Shown: positions 9,835 to 18,223, numbered from the stretch's first letter. The stretch is DNA of 64,000 nt from an uncultured Candidatus Saccharibacteria bacterium (GCA_964593365.1 CAZQGQ010000002.1:21671-85670), one strand, 5' to 3'. Program-made: numbers and translations. The notes: generated by a model not told the origin, from the sequence alone.

Positions 9835-11270
9835 GCTCCGTCGTCACTCGCTTTGCCCCAAGTCCAACTGGCTTCATGCACGTCGGAGGCGTACGCACGG
9901 CACTCTTTGCCTGGCTCTATGCAAGAAAGCACGGAGGTAAGTTCATCCTTCGCATCGAGGATACTGACAAAGCCAGGGAAGTGGCAGGCTCGATCGAGCA
10001 CATTATGGAGTCATTGCAGTGGATTGGCATCGAGTGGGACGAAGGGCCAGACAAGGGAGGACCGCACGCCCCCTATCTGCAGTCAGATCGTCTCGCTGAA
10101 TATAAAAAGTATGCACAGATCCTCATAGATAAAGGGCATGCATACACTGATCCCTTTACTGAAGCAGAGGTAGAAGTATTTCGTAAGCAAGCAGAAGCAG
10201 AGAAGCGTCCGTTCTTGTACCGCGAACATCGACCGGAAAATACCGAACCTTGGGACGGGACCAAGCCGCTTCGCTTCCGCGTACCGGAAATAAAGCGCTA
10301 CGAATGGAATGACCTGGCGCGAGGACGTTTGTCTGCAGGAGAAGAGGCGCTCGACGATTTCATACTTATAAAAGGAGATGGGTATCCGACCTACAACTTC
10401 GCGCATGTCGTTGATGACTTGTTAATGGAGGTGACGCACATCGTACGCGCAGAGGAATTCATTTCATCAACCCCGAAATTCCTTTCTTTGTATGACGCGC
10501 TTGAAATAAAGCGCCCGGAGTTTGCCACGATGCCGGTCATCTTAGGAAGCGAAGGGACGAAGAAGCTTTCAAAGCGAGACGGCGCAAAAGACATTCTTGA
10601 GTATCGCAATGAAGGATACCGTCCCGAAGCGATGATGAACTTCCTCGCGCTCCTTGGGTGGCACCCCGAAGGAGACCAGGAAGTGCTCTCGCCTGAGGAG
10701 CTCATTGCCGCATTTGATCTGACACGTGTGCAAAAGGGAGGCGCACGCTTTGACGAAGACAAGCTTCTCTTCTTGAATCGCGAGTGGCTGCGTCGCTTGA
10801 CCGACGAGGAATACATGGAGTTCGGAGGCCTTGAGGCTCCTGATCAGGAACGATTGCTGAAAGCCATTCCTTTGATCAAAGACCGTGTGCACACCTTTGG
10901 GGAAGCGAAGCTCATGCTAGAGGGCGAGCTCTCCTGCCTCTTTAGTGCACCAGCCCTAGACCCAAGCCTTCTCCTGACCAAGGAACTAGAGCCAGAGGGA
11001 ACCAGAACGGCCTTGGAAAGCCTTTTAGAGCCCCTAGGAGCCCTTCCTGAGGGCGTTTCGGGAGATGCGGTGAAGGAGGCCATAATGCCGTTTGCAGACG
11101 CTTTGGAGGCAAAGAAAAAGGGAGGCCGGGGAGCGGTTCTCTGGCCCCTTCGATACGCTCTTTCTGGAGTAGAGCGCTCGCCAGATCCCTTCACGCTTGT
11201 CTCTATTTTAGGCCCTTCCGAGAGCGTGAGCCGGGTGAAGAATGCTATCGCTCTTTTAGGTAGCAAGTAA
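9831..11270 (+). CDS. gltX: Glutamyl-tRNA synthetase
   Basis: RFAPSPTG..HVGG, LRIEDTD, KLSKR motifs. Confidence 0.95.
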   Translation: MSSVVTRFAPSPTGFMHVGGVRTALFAWLYARKHGGKFILRIEDTDKAREVAGSIEHIMESLQWIGIEWDEGPDKGGPHAPYLQSDRLAEYKKYAQILIDKGHAYTDPFTEAEVEVFRKQAEAEKRPFLYREHRPENTEPWDGTKPLRFRVPEIKRYEWNDLARGRLSAGEEALDDFILIKGDGYPTYNFAHVVDDLLMEVTHIVRAEEFISSTPKFLSLYDALEIKRPEFATMPVILGSEGTKKLSKRDGAKDILEYRNEGYRPEAMMNFLALLGWHPEGDQEVLSPEELIAAFDLTRVQKGGARFDEDKLLFLNREWLRRLTDEEYMEFGGLEAPDQERLLKAIPLIKDRVHTFGEAKLMLEGELSCLFSAPALDPSLLLTKELEPEGTRTALESLLEPLGALPEGVSGDAVKEAIMPFADALEAKKKGGRGAVLWPLRYALSGVERSPDPFTLVSILGPSESVSRVKNAIALLGSK

Positions 11271-11322
11271 GCCATACAAGCGATTATTGTCTCGTCGAGA
11301 ACGTCTAGGTATACTAGACGGG

Positions 11323-12597
11323 ATGAGACTGATCGCTCTTTTGCTTATTAGCGTTGCTCTTCTTGGAGCAATCGCCACGAGCACTCCACTTCCGACTCAT
11401 GCCGAGTCTATCGATGAGATCAAGGACCGGATTGATGAGATCAATCGCGAGCGCGCGAAGATAGACGAAGAAATCGCCGGATACCAGCGGGAGCTTAACG
11501 TCATCTCAGGACAGAAGCAGACACTCCAGTCTGCGATCCAGACGCTTGATGTCTCCCGCTCCAAGACTTCTGCGCAGATAAAAGAGATTCAAAACAAAAT
11601 CGGGGCAGCAACGCTTCGCCTTGAAGAGCTTTCATTTGAGATCACCGACAAGGAACAATCCATCGCGCTTGATCAGTCCACCGTCGCCGCATCGCTTCGT
11701 GCAATCGATATCGCGGACCAGGTTTCTTTTGTCGAGCGGCTTGTTGGAGCGGATGATTTTGCAGCAGCGTGGACCTCTATTGATAACCTCGCGACCTTGA
11801 ATCAATCGCTCCAGGAGCATGCTGCCTTGCTTGCAGGAGCAAAGATCGCGCTAGCAGAGCAGCAGACTTCCGTTTCTTCGACCAAGAATGAGCTCGCTTC
11901 TCATAGCGTTAATCTTGAAAGCCAGAAACAAGCGTTGGATATCAACCGACAAGGAAAGCAGACGCTTCTTTCACAGACCCAAGCGACCGAAAGCCAGTAC
12001 CAGGCAATGATCGCAGAGAAGCGCCGTCAGCAAGCCGCTTTCGAAGCCCAGCTCTTTACATACGAAGCGCAATTGAAACAAGCACTCGATCCTTCTTCCA
12101 TTCCAAGCGCAGGCTCTGGCGTTCTCGCATCTCCATTGGATAGCGTCTTTGTCACGCAGTATTTTGGTAGAACGGTTGATGCAAAGCGATTGTACGTATC
12201 TGGAACGCACGGCGGCATAGATTACCGAGCAACGATTGGCACGCCAATCAAAGCGTCTCTCACGGGAGTCGTCACCGATGTTGAAAGCACGAAGACTAAG
12301 AGTGGTTGCCAATACGGTAAGTGGGTACTCTTGAAACACGCGAACGGGCTCTCTACGCTTTATGGCCACCTTTCGTCAGTGAACGTTTCTCCAGGACAAA
12401 CTGTTTCAACAGGGGATCCGATAGGGCACAGCGGGGACACGGGATATGCAACCGGGCCGCACCTTCACTTTGGTGTGTATGCCACCTCCGGTATTCGTAT
12501 CGTTGACGCCTCCGCGCTTGGCTCTACGTACTGCGCAGGCATCAAGACCGTTGCATCTAACCCTGACGCATACCTTGATCCGATGTCGTATCTTTAG
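11323..12597 (+). CDS. Secreted coiled-coil + M23 peptidase (EnvC/MepM-like murein hydrolase)
   Basis: Signal peptide, long heptad region, HGGID and HLH zinc motifs; ATG 7 nt after TATACT. Confidence 0.9.
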   Translation: MRLIALLLISVALLGAIATSTPLPTHAESIDEIKDRIDEINRERAKIDEEIAGYQRELNVISGQKQTLQSAIQTLDVSRSKTSAQIKEIQNKIGAATLRLEELSFEITDKEQSIALDQSTVAASLRAIDIADQVSFVERLVGADDFAAAWTSIDNLATLNQSLQEHAALLAGAKIALAEQQTSVSSTKNELASHSVNLESQKQALDINRQGKQTLLSQTQATESQYQAMIAEKRRQQAAFEAQLFTYEAQLKQALDPSSIPSAGSGVLASPLDSVFVTQYFGRTVDAKRLYVSGTHGGIDYRATIGTPIKASLTGVVTDVESTKTKSGCQYGKWVLLKHANGLSTLYGHLSSVNVSPGQTVSTGDPIGHSGDTGYATGPHLHFGVYATSGIRIVDASALGSTYCAGIKTVASNPDAYLDPMSYL

Positions 12598-12618
12598 GTT
12601 CGAATCCTAGCTAGCCAG
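12594..12618 (+). pseudogene. Isolated tRNA 3' fragment (T-arm + acceptor 3' strand), tRNA-Gln-like; candidate att site
   Basis: TTAGG-TTCGAAT-CCTAG-CTAGCCA-G; no matching 5' half (TGGCTAG...) ~72 nt upstream; overlaps the M23 stop codon. Confidence 0.7.
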
Positions 12619-12627
12619 AAAAATAAG

Positions 12628-12652
12628 GAGCCCCCGGATATACCGAGGGCTC
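12628..12652 (-). terminator. Intrinsic terminator hairpin
   Basis: GAGCCC-C-CGG...CCG-A-GGGCTC stem followed by a T-rich run on the minus strand. Confidence 0.65.
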
Positions 12653-12658
12653 AAGGTT

Positions 12659-12829
12659 CTATGCCACTCCTTTCTTAAACTTGTTACGAATCGAATCAAA
12701 GATCCACAGAGTCAGACCCCCGACTGCAATCGAACATATCCAAAGGAATATAACGACTTCATAGTAGACTCTTCTAATTCCAGTCGGCTTGTTCCTCACA
12801 TAGCGAACCGAGTCGTAAGAGATACACAT
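12659..12829 (-). CDS. Small single-TM membrane protein (56 aa)
   Basis: AAGGAG SD 6 nt before ATG; hydrophobic segment VVIFLWICSIAVGGLTLWIF; terminator after stop. Confidence 0.55.
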   Translation of the reverse strand: MCISYDSVRYVRNKPTGIRRVYYEVVIFLWICSIAVGGLTLWIFDSIRNKFKKGVA

Positions 12830-12895
12830 GGATTTCTCCTTTGAAGATCCACTTCCTGCCAAGGACCATTCCCTAGCAGGGTGGTAGACCCAAAA

Positions 12896-12922
12896 GAAAA
12901 ACCCCGTGGAGACGGGGTTTTT
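12896..12922. terminator. Bidirectional intrinsic terminator
   Basis: AAAAACCCCGT-GGAG-ACGGGGTTTTT. Confidence 0.8.
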
Positions 12923-12946
12923 CAGATGAGTTCTAGAAAGAAATGT

Positions 12947-13027
12947 CTAGGATACAGAGAAAGCGCCACCGTCGGGGTTTACGATGGGCGGTACGGGAAG
13001 TGCAAAAATGTGCGCTTTCGTATTCAT
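12947..13027 (-). other. Candidate leader peptide (MNTKAHIFALPVPPIVNPDGGAFSVS) or structured leader RNA
   Basis: Minus-strand TTGATT-17-TATTCT promoter 8 nt before ATG; ORF ends just before the terminator; the same span can also fold (GAAAGCGC/GCGCTTTC). Confidence 0.4.
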
Positions 13028-13075
13028 GTTTAAGCAGAATAGCTTAGAAGTTCTAATAAATCAAGTACGTTATAT

Positions 13076-13103
13076 AGGTTTCAACATTGTCCCATACAGC
13101 CAG
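13076..13103 (+). repeat. 28-bp inter-cassette repeat R1
   Basis: AGGTTTCAACATTGTCCCATACAGCCAG, 25/28 to consensus AGGTTCCAACATCGTCCCAGACAGCCAG. Confidence 0.85.
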
Positions 13104-13116
13104 CTATAATAACGGT

Positions 13117-13923
13117 ATGGACAGCACTTCTGCCTCCGACCTTACGAAACGCAATAAAGAAGTCATTCAAAGATTTATTGACTCGGTTAGAGACCGTGCA
13201 GACGGCGTTTTGCTTAGCGGGTCAAACGCCTGGGGAGCGGACTATGCGGTTACCGAGAAATCGGATATCGATCTCTTGGTCCTGGCAAAGGATATCCAAG
13301 GCATGAAGAAAATAATCGATTGCTATATCAGTAATAAATTACTTGTACCTAGGGAGCAAGAACGATTTGAAGCATTTAGCGCGCTATATGAGGAAGGAAG
13401 AGTAGAACAATTTTCTGTGATTGCAGACTATAAGGGTGTTCCGGTGAGCATAGATTTCTTTACCACAAAAACATTACAGTGGATCAGTTTCTTAACTTCA
13501 AAAAATACTGTTCTTCTTAACGGCGTGAGAGTGAGAGTCGTAAGCGAGTTGCGAACAAATCCTCCAAAAGCTTTCGGCTATTCTCTTGATGATTTACAAA
13601 GCTCAAAGAAACTTACCTATCATCCGGTGTTCGAAGAAATAAAAAGTCAGAAAGGCAATGTCTGTGGGTACCTCGCGCAAACTGCAGTCGATGCCTCTGA
13701 TGAACATACTTACTATCTTGGCGTCATGTCGTTTTTCCTTTGTGTCAGTCCGGTCGTGCTATTAGATAAAAACGGCGAACTGCAACGAGCTATACGAGAT
13801 TTGCGAACAAACATCTCAATTCTTTTGAAAGGGGAAGTTCCTCGCCATGTGACAAGAGAAGAACGAATGTCTGAGCAGGTCTTAGAAGAGGTAAAGAATG
13901 CCCTTAGTCCTAAGGGAGCCTAA
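13117..13923 (+). CDS. Pol-beta-superfamily nucleotidyltransferase domain protein
   Basis: LSGS.AWG...SDIDLLV (GS..DxD) motif; ATG 6 nt after TATAAT. Confidence 0.75.
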   Translation: MDSTSASDLTKRNKEVIQRFIDSVRDRADGVLLSGSNAWGADYAVTEKSDIDLLVLAKDIQGMKKIIDCYISNKLLVPREQERFEAFSALYEEGRVEQFSVIADYKGVPVSIDFFTTKTLQWISFLTSKNTVLLNGVRVRVVSELRTNPPKAFGYSLDDLQSSKKLTYHPVFEEIKSQKGNVCGYLAQTAVDASDEHTYYLGVMSFFLCVSPVVLLDKNGELQRAIRDLRTNISILLKGEVPRHVTREERMSEQVLEEVKNALSPKGA

Positions 13924-13925
13924 AA

Positions 13926-13953
13926 AGATTCCAACATCGTCTCAGGCAGCCAG
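13926..13953 (+). repeat. 28-bp inter-cassette repeat R2
   Basis: AGATTCCAACATCGTCTCAGGCAGCCAG, 25/28; fills the gap between two convergent stop codons. Confidence 0.85.
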
Positions 13954-14451
13954 CTATTTTCTACGTTCATTCTCTAACCACTCGTTAAAAGCAGCATAGA
14001 ACTCTCCGTTGAGAGCAAGGTCTTTATTAATGACCTCCACGTTCTCATCGGCGATAATTGCAGCACTTTCTTTAATGGAGAACAATTTTAAACAAGAAAC
14101 CGCGATAGACGTGTTCGACTTTCCGTCCCACTCACTGACAGGAAGAATCATACTCAAAGAATTATCCCAGGTCGCATCGACATTAATCCAGTCTTTTTCA
14201 TTAAGTACCTCAAGGTATGCATGGGTAGAAGCATCTTCGTGAGCCTTTCCTGACACCTCAACGGGAAGATTGATATCGCTCCATTTGAAGGAACATACGC
14301 GCCATCGTACCTGAAGCCCCTCCTTCTCAAGAAGCGACTTAAGCTGCTTATGTTTACCGGTACAGGATTTGTCAGTTTCCTTCGAGGTTAGCGGAATTCG
14401 ATAGGGAATATCCCGAACCTGATTGAAAATCTCACGTAGGTCGGCTCTCAT
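13954..14451 (-). CDS. Transglutaminase-like (Cys-His-Asp) protein
   Basis: SCTGK, HAYLEV, WINVDATWD pattern. Confidence 0.7.
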   Translation of the reverse strand: MRADLREIFNQVRDIPYRIPLTSKETDKSCTGKHKQLKSLLEKEGLQVRWRVCSFKWSDINLPVEVSGKAHEDASTHAYLEVLNEKDWINVDATWDNSLSMILPVSEWDGKSNTSIAVSCLKLFSIKESAAIIADENVEVINKDLALNGEFYAAFNEWLENERRK

Positions 14452-14476
14452 ACCCCCATGCTAGCAGGTGCTTGGC

Positions 14477-14504
14477 AAGTTCCAACATCGTCCCAGACAG
14501 CCAG
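14477..14504 (+). repeat. 28-bp inter-cassette repeat R3
   Basis: AAGTTCCAACATCGTCCCAGACAGCCAG, 27/28. Confidence 0.9.
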
Positions 14505-14660
14505 GGTTGCATGGCTTAAGCGAAAGGAATCTATCGATGTGTACAACAAAGAATCAACTTACAGTCCGTCCACTCTTGCGGATTGATCTGTATGTAAATG
14601 ACCATAATCTTGTGTTTCCGATTTTAATATGTTTTAATCCAATAAACATAACTCCTACTC

Positions 14661-15071
14661 ATGCCTGATTATCAAAAGCCTCGCTTTGCCAAAAAACCCT
14701 TTAACCGTGGGGGTCAAGATCGTTTTAGCGATTCAAAAGAGATGCACAAAACTAACTGCAGCAAATGTAACAATCTGTGCGAAGTACCGTTTCGCCCAAA
14801 CGGCAAGAAACCAGTTTTCTGCAGCAACTGTTTCGTCAAAGACGATGCGCCCCGTCCTTCATATGGTCCGAAGCGTGATTTTTCTCCACGTCCATCTTTT
14901 AGCCCAGCGCCTTCTCGCGATGACCATGGGATGCAGGATCTAAAAATGCAGATGCAAGGCGTAAACGACAAGCTTACCCAGCTCATTCAACTTATGGAAT
15001 CTGCCCAGGCGCCTGTTACTGAGAAGGCTTCAGTAAAAAGGGTAGCCAAAGCAGGGACTAAGAAGAAATAA
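14661..15071 (+). CDS. CxxC-x17-CxxC zinc-ribbon domain protein
   Basis: CSKC...EVPFRP...PVFCSNC with RG/basic low-complexity flanks. Confidence 0.85.
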   Translation: MPDYQKPRFAKKPFNRGGQDRFSDSKEMHKTNCSKCNNLCEVPFRPNGKKPVFCSNCFVKDDAPRPSYGPKRDFSPRPSFSPAPSRDDHGMQDLKMQMQGVNDKLTQLIQLMESAQAPVTEKASVKRVAKAGTKKK

Positions 15072-15106
15072 TAGCCAGTATCTCCACAAGGCATATTCTC
15101 TAAGCA

Positions 15107-15134
15107 AGGTTCCAACGTCGTCCCAGACAACCGG
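15107..15134 (+). repeat. 28-bp inter-cassette repeat R4
   Basis: AGGTTCCAACGTCGTCCCAGACAACCGG, 25/28. Confidence 0.85.
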
Positions 15135-15152
15135 CTCGTTTATACTAGTCCT

Positions 15153-15557
15153 ATGAAGATATATCTCGGTTGTTCACTTACTCAAGCTCCAGAGGACTTT
15201 AAGACCGTTATTGGAGACTTAAAGAACAGGCTCCGGCAGGACTACGACGTATTAGACTTCATTGGTACCGTCGCTGGCACACCTCATGAGGTCTACAACT
15301 GGGATATTCACGAATGCGTTGCAAAGTGCGATGCCTTCATTGCGATTTGCGATCTGCCAGCCATAGGTCTTGGTTATGAACTCAGTGTCGCAGTCGAGAA
15401 GCTCAAGAAGCCGACGCTCGCTCTTGCGCATACGGATGCGAAAATCTCACGTCTTCTTCTTGGTATCAAACAGCCTCACTACATATTTGAACGCTACGAT
15501 TCTTTTGACGAGGTGGAAGACCGGATCAGATTATTCCTAAGCAGTTTAGAGAAATAA
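15153..15557 (+). CDS. Nucleoside 2-deoxyribosyltransferase / DNPH1-like N-hydrolase
   Basis: KIYLG start, D...V..CD..IA....P..G.GYE motif. Confidence 0.75.
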   Translation: MKIYLGCSLTQAPEDFKTVIGDLKNRLRQDYDVLDFIGTVAGTPHEVYNWDIHECVAKCDAFIAICDLPAIGLGYELSVAVEKLKKPTLALAHTDAKISRLLLGIKQPHYIFERYDSFDEVEDRIRLFLSSLEK

Positions 15558-15583
15558 GTTGCAAGGTCGGCCCAGACTGGGGC
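15556..15583 (+). repeat. Degenerate inter-cassette repeat R5
   Basis: AAGTTGCAAGGTCGGCCCAGACTGGGGC, 18/28, at the expected position right at a stop codon. Confidence 0.55.
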
Positions 15584-15615
15584 ACGTGGTACTGTTTTAG
15601 AAACTTTATATCCCT

Positions 15616-16479
15616 ATGTCTGTCGCAATTGGTGTCTTGCTTGCCTTGATAGCCCTCGTCGCATGGGGTTTGGGGGACTTTTTAATTCAGAGAACTACCA
15701 GGCTGGTAGGTAGCGCCAAGGCTCTTTTCTTCATAGGAGTTGTTGCATTCGTTGTTTTGTTTCCGTTTGTACTACACGAACTTCCACATCTCACGTTCGC
15801 AAACTACCTCTTGCTCGGGACGCTGTCTTTAGCGGTTATCTTCGGAGCAGCTTTTGACTTCGAGGCTCTGCGCACCGGCAAAATGGCCGCTGTTGAACCA
15901 GTGGTGGGTCTTGAGCTTCCGATGACGGTCATTCTGAGCGTCATCTTCGTAGGTGAACATCTAACAGGACATCAGCTCTTTTGGATGCTTCTCGTGTTCA
16001 TTGGAACGGGGCTTACGGTTACAAAAAGCATAAGCCACTTGTCACAGGCATTCGAAAAGGGAGTGTGGCTCGCCTTTCTAGCAGCAATTGGTACAGCGTT
16101 AACTTCGCTCTTGGTTGGTATGTCGAGTCAGGAGATTTCTCCACTCGTTTCTATATGGTTTTCGCACGGGACGTTAGCGCTCGTGTCGGGTCTGTATATT
16201 CTTCGTTCTGGCCAGATGAGATCCGTTATACAAGATATCCGCAGCCACCCTGTAACTATTGGCTGCCAAAGCGTCTTTGATAACCTCGCGTGGATTGCTT
16301 TTGCCATTGCAGCAACCCTTATTCCGATCTCAATCGCTACGACCATTAGCGGGGGATATGTTGCCCTTGGGGTACTGCTTGGTATTTTCGTAAGCCGCGA
16401 GCGTGTTCGTGGTCATCAGGCGTTCGGTATTGCGCTTGTATCGATTGGCATTATTGCTCTCTCCTATTATTTCAGCTAG
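15616..16479 (+). CDS. EamA/DMT family transporter
   Basis: About 10 TM segments in two repeats ending ..GE.. and ..RERV. Confidence 0.85.
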   Translation: MSVAIGVLLALIALVAWGLGDFLIQRTTRLVGSAKALFFIGVVAFVVLFPFVLHELPHLTFANYLLLGTLSLAVIFGAAFDFEALRTGKMAAVEPVVGLELPMTVILSVIFVGEHLTGHQLFWMLLVFIGTGLTVTKSISHLSQAFEKGVWLAFLAAIGTALTSLLVGMSSQEISPLVSIWFSHGTLALVSGLYILRSGQMRSVIQDIRSHPVTIGCQSVFDNLAWIAFAIAATLIPISIATTISGGYVALGVLLGIFVSRERVRGHQAFGIALVSIGIIALSYYFS

Positions 16480-16481
16480 CA

Positions 16482-16509
16482 AGATTTCCATGTCGTTCCA
16501 GGCAATTAA
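16482..16509 (+). repeat. Degenerate inter-cassette repeat R6
   Basis: AGATTTCCATGTCGTTCCAGGCAATTAA, 17/28, immediately after a stop codon. Confidence 0.5.
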
Positions 16510-16533
16510 TAACAATCTGTTACTATATTCCGC

Positions 16534-17073
16534 ATGAAAGTCATCATCGCTTCCCACAATCCTGTGAAAATCAATGCCGCTAGGGAAGCGTTCAAGCAAA
16601 TGTTTCCGGGAGAGACATTTGAGGTTATAGGGACTGATGTTCCTTCAGACGTTTCTGACCAACCTATGACCGACACTGAGACGTATACCGGTGCTGTAAA
16701 CCGCGCGGAAAACGCTTCCCAGAAAGAGAGCGATGCTGACTTCTGGGTAGGAATCGAGGGCGGATTAGAAGAGAAAAGTGGAGATCTTGAATGTTTCGCG
16801 TGGGTGGTAATAAAAGATAAAGACGGAACGATTGGCAAAGGAAGAAGCGCCGCGTTCTTTTTGCCGCCTGCGGTAGCCCAGAAGATCCGTGAGGGAATGG
16901 AACTCGGGCATGCAGCGGACGCAGTTTTTAACGAGACCAACCTGAAGCAAAACCAAGGCACCGTTGGCATGCTCACGAAGGGATTAATCGAGAGGACGAA
17001 GTACTATGTCGATCCGGCGATTATGGCGTTAATCCCGTTTGCGAACCCTTCGCTGTTTGGAAAAACTGGCTAA
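16534..17073 (+). CDS. yjjX: Inosine/xanthosine triphosphatase
   Basis: ASHNPVKI.A, SDVSDQP, GA.NRA, GIEGG, ELG motifs. Confidence 0.9.
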   Translation: MKVIIASHNPVKINAAREAFKQMFPGETFEVIGTDVPSDVSDQPMTDTETYTGAVNRAENASQKESDADFWVGIEGGLEEKSGDLECFAWVVIKDKDGTIGKGRSAAFFLPPAVAQKIREGMELGHAADAVFNETNLKQNQGTVGMLTKGLIERTKYYVDPAIMALIPFANPSLFGKTG

Positions 17074-17087
17074 GCTCAATTCTTTGT

Positions 17088-17543
17088 ATGGATCAAGGCA
17101 TTCTAGACTACATTAAATCCCAGCGAATCTCCGTGTTTGGAATCGAGATGCTTGATGGTTCACCACATGGTGCAACAGTACATTTCGCACATCAAGAGAA
17201 CCCGTTAACTTTCATATTTGAAACGAGTTCGAAATACCGCAAGAGCGAGCCCTTGCTCGCCAACGACACAGCCCGAGCAACGCTCGTCATTGGATTTGTT
17301 GAAGGGCCGACTGAAAAAACATTCCAAGCAGACGGGATCGCAACGTTGCTTACGAGTGATGACCAGCTAAAGAAAGTCTATCTGTCGAAGTTTCCAGAAA
17401 AGGAAGCAAAGGCAGGAGATCCAGACAACATTTTCTTCTCCTTCACTCCAACATGGTGGAGATTCACTGATTGGGGCCGACCAGAAGGGAAGACCGTTAT
17501 CACTTCAGACGGCAAAGTAGTTGTCGCAGGGAAGTCTGCTTAA
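17088..17543 (+). CDS. Pyridoxamine 5'-phosphate oxidase-like (FMN-binding split barrel) protein
   Basis: DGSPH..V.F, T....RK, Q..G.A, F.P.WWRF pattern. Confidence 0.7.
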   Translation: MDQGILDYIKSQRISVFGIEMLDGSPHGATVHFAHQENPLTFIFETSSKYRKSEPLLANDTARATLVIGFVEGPTEKTFQADGIATLLTSDDQLKKVYLSKFPEKEAKAGDPDNIFFSFTPTWWRFTDWGRPEGKTVITSDGKVVVAGKSA

Positions 17544-17545
17544 AG

Positions 17546-18160
17546 CTATTTAGTATCCCGGCTCTTCCAAAGGATTCGGCAGGCGAGCGAGCGGTACGGA
17601 GACCAGCAAGCAGATATCTTCTCAAGCTTTGCCCGTGACGGGTTCTTGATCATATACAGATCTTCAATAGAGCGTACGAGCCCAAGGTCTCCTGCAGAGA
17701 AAATGTCCGGATGCTGAAGCGCGAACATGAGAAACATCTCGCTCGTCCAGGGGCCAATGCCCCATACTGCAGTTAATGTTTCTTCTGCTTCTTCCGGGGA
17801 CTTCTTGCGAAGGGAAGGGAGGTCGAGTCCTTTGGTAACCGCTTTTGCGAGTTCTTTTAAGGTCTTTGCTTTTGCGCTGGAGAGTCCGGCTTTGCGAAGG
17901 CGGGGAAGAGAAGTCTTCAGTACTGACGAAGGAGTGACCTTGCCTCCGCACACACTTTCTACCCGAGCCCAAATAGCGTCCGCTGCCTTCACGGCTAGCT
18001 GCTGGCTTACGACTGATTCAGCAAGCGCCGCGAACAAGCGATCAGACCCGCGTACTTGAGGACGTCGCAGAATAAGTTTCCGGTGACTGTACGCAGCTTG
18101 GTACATGATTGGATCGACGCGCTTGAAGTGGCGAAGAGCGTTAGGGAGATCAGGATGCAT
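17546..18160 (-). CDS. DNA-3-methyladenine glycosylase II (AlkA-like HhH-GPD)
   Basis: SQQL, GLS..K, GIGPWT..MFLMF, D.F..GDLG, WSPYRS. Confidence 0.9.
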   Translation of the reverse strand: MHPDLPNALRHFKRVDPIMYQAAYSHRKLILRRPQVRGSDRLFAALAESVVSQQLAVKAADAIWARVESVCGGKVTPSSVLKTSLPRLRKAGLSSAKAKTLKELAKAVTKGLDLPSLRKKSPEEAEETLTAVWGIGPWTSEMFLMFALQHPDIFSAGDLGLVRSIEDLYMIKNPSRAKLEKISACWSPYRSLACRILWKSRDTK

Positions 18161-18223
18161 AGTGAAGTTGATTATACCCAGGAGCCTTCCTTTTTACGCA
18201 CGTTAGGCTATATAATCCGTCGT

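Noticed and set aside
12520-12618. Complete tRNA overlapping the M23 gene 3' end
   Set aside because: No complementary acceptor 5' strand, D-arm or anticodon arm at the expected distance.
14468-14668. 66-aa ORF starting at GTG
   Set aside because: Runs through repeat R3 and the promoter/leader of the CxxC gene; no recognisable features.
13076-16509. CRISPR array or classical integron attC interpretation of the 28-bp repeats
   Set aside because: Spacers are gene-sized and irregular, there are no cas or intI genes, and the repeats are non-palindromic without attC core sites.
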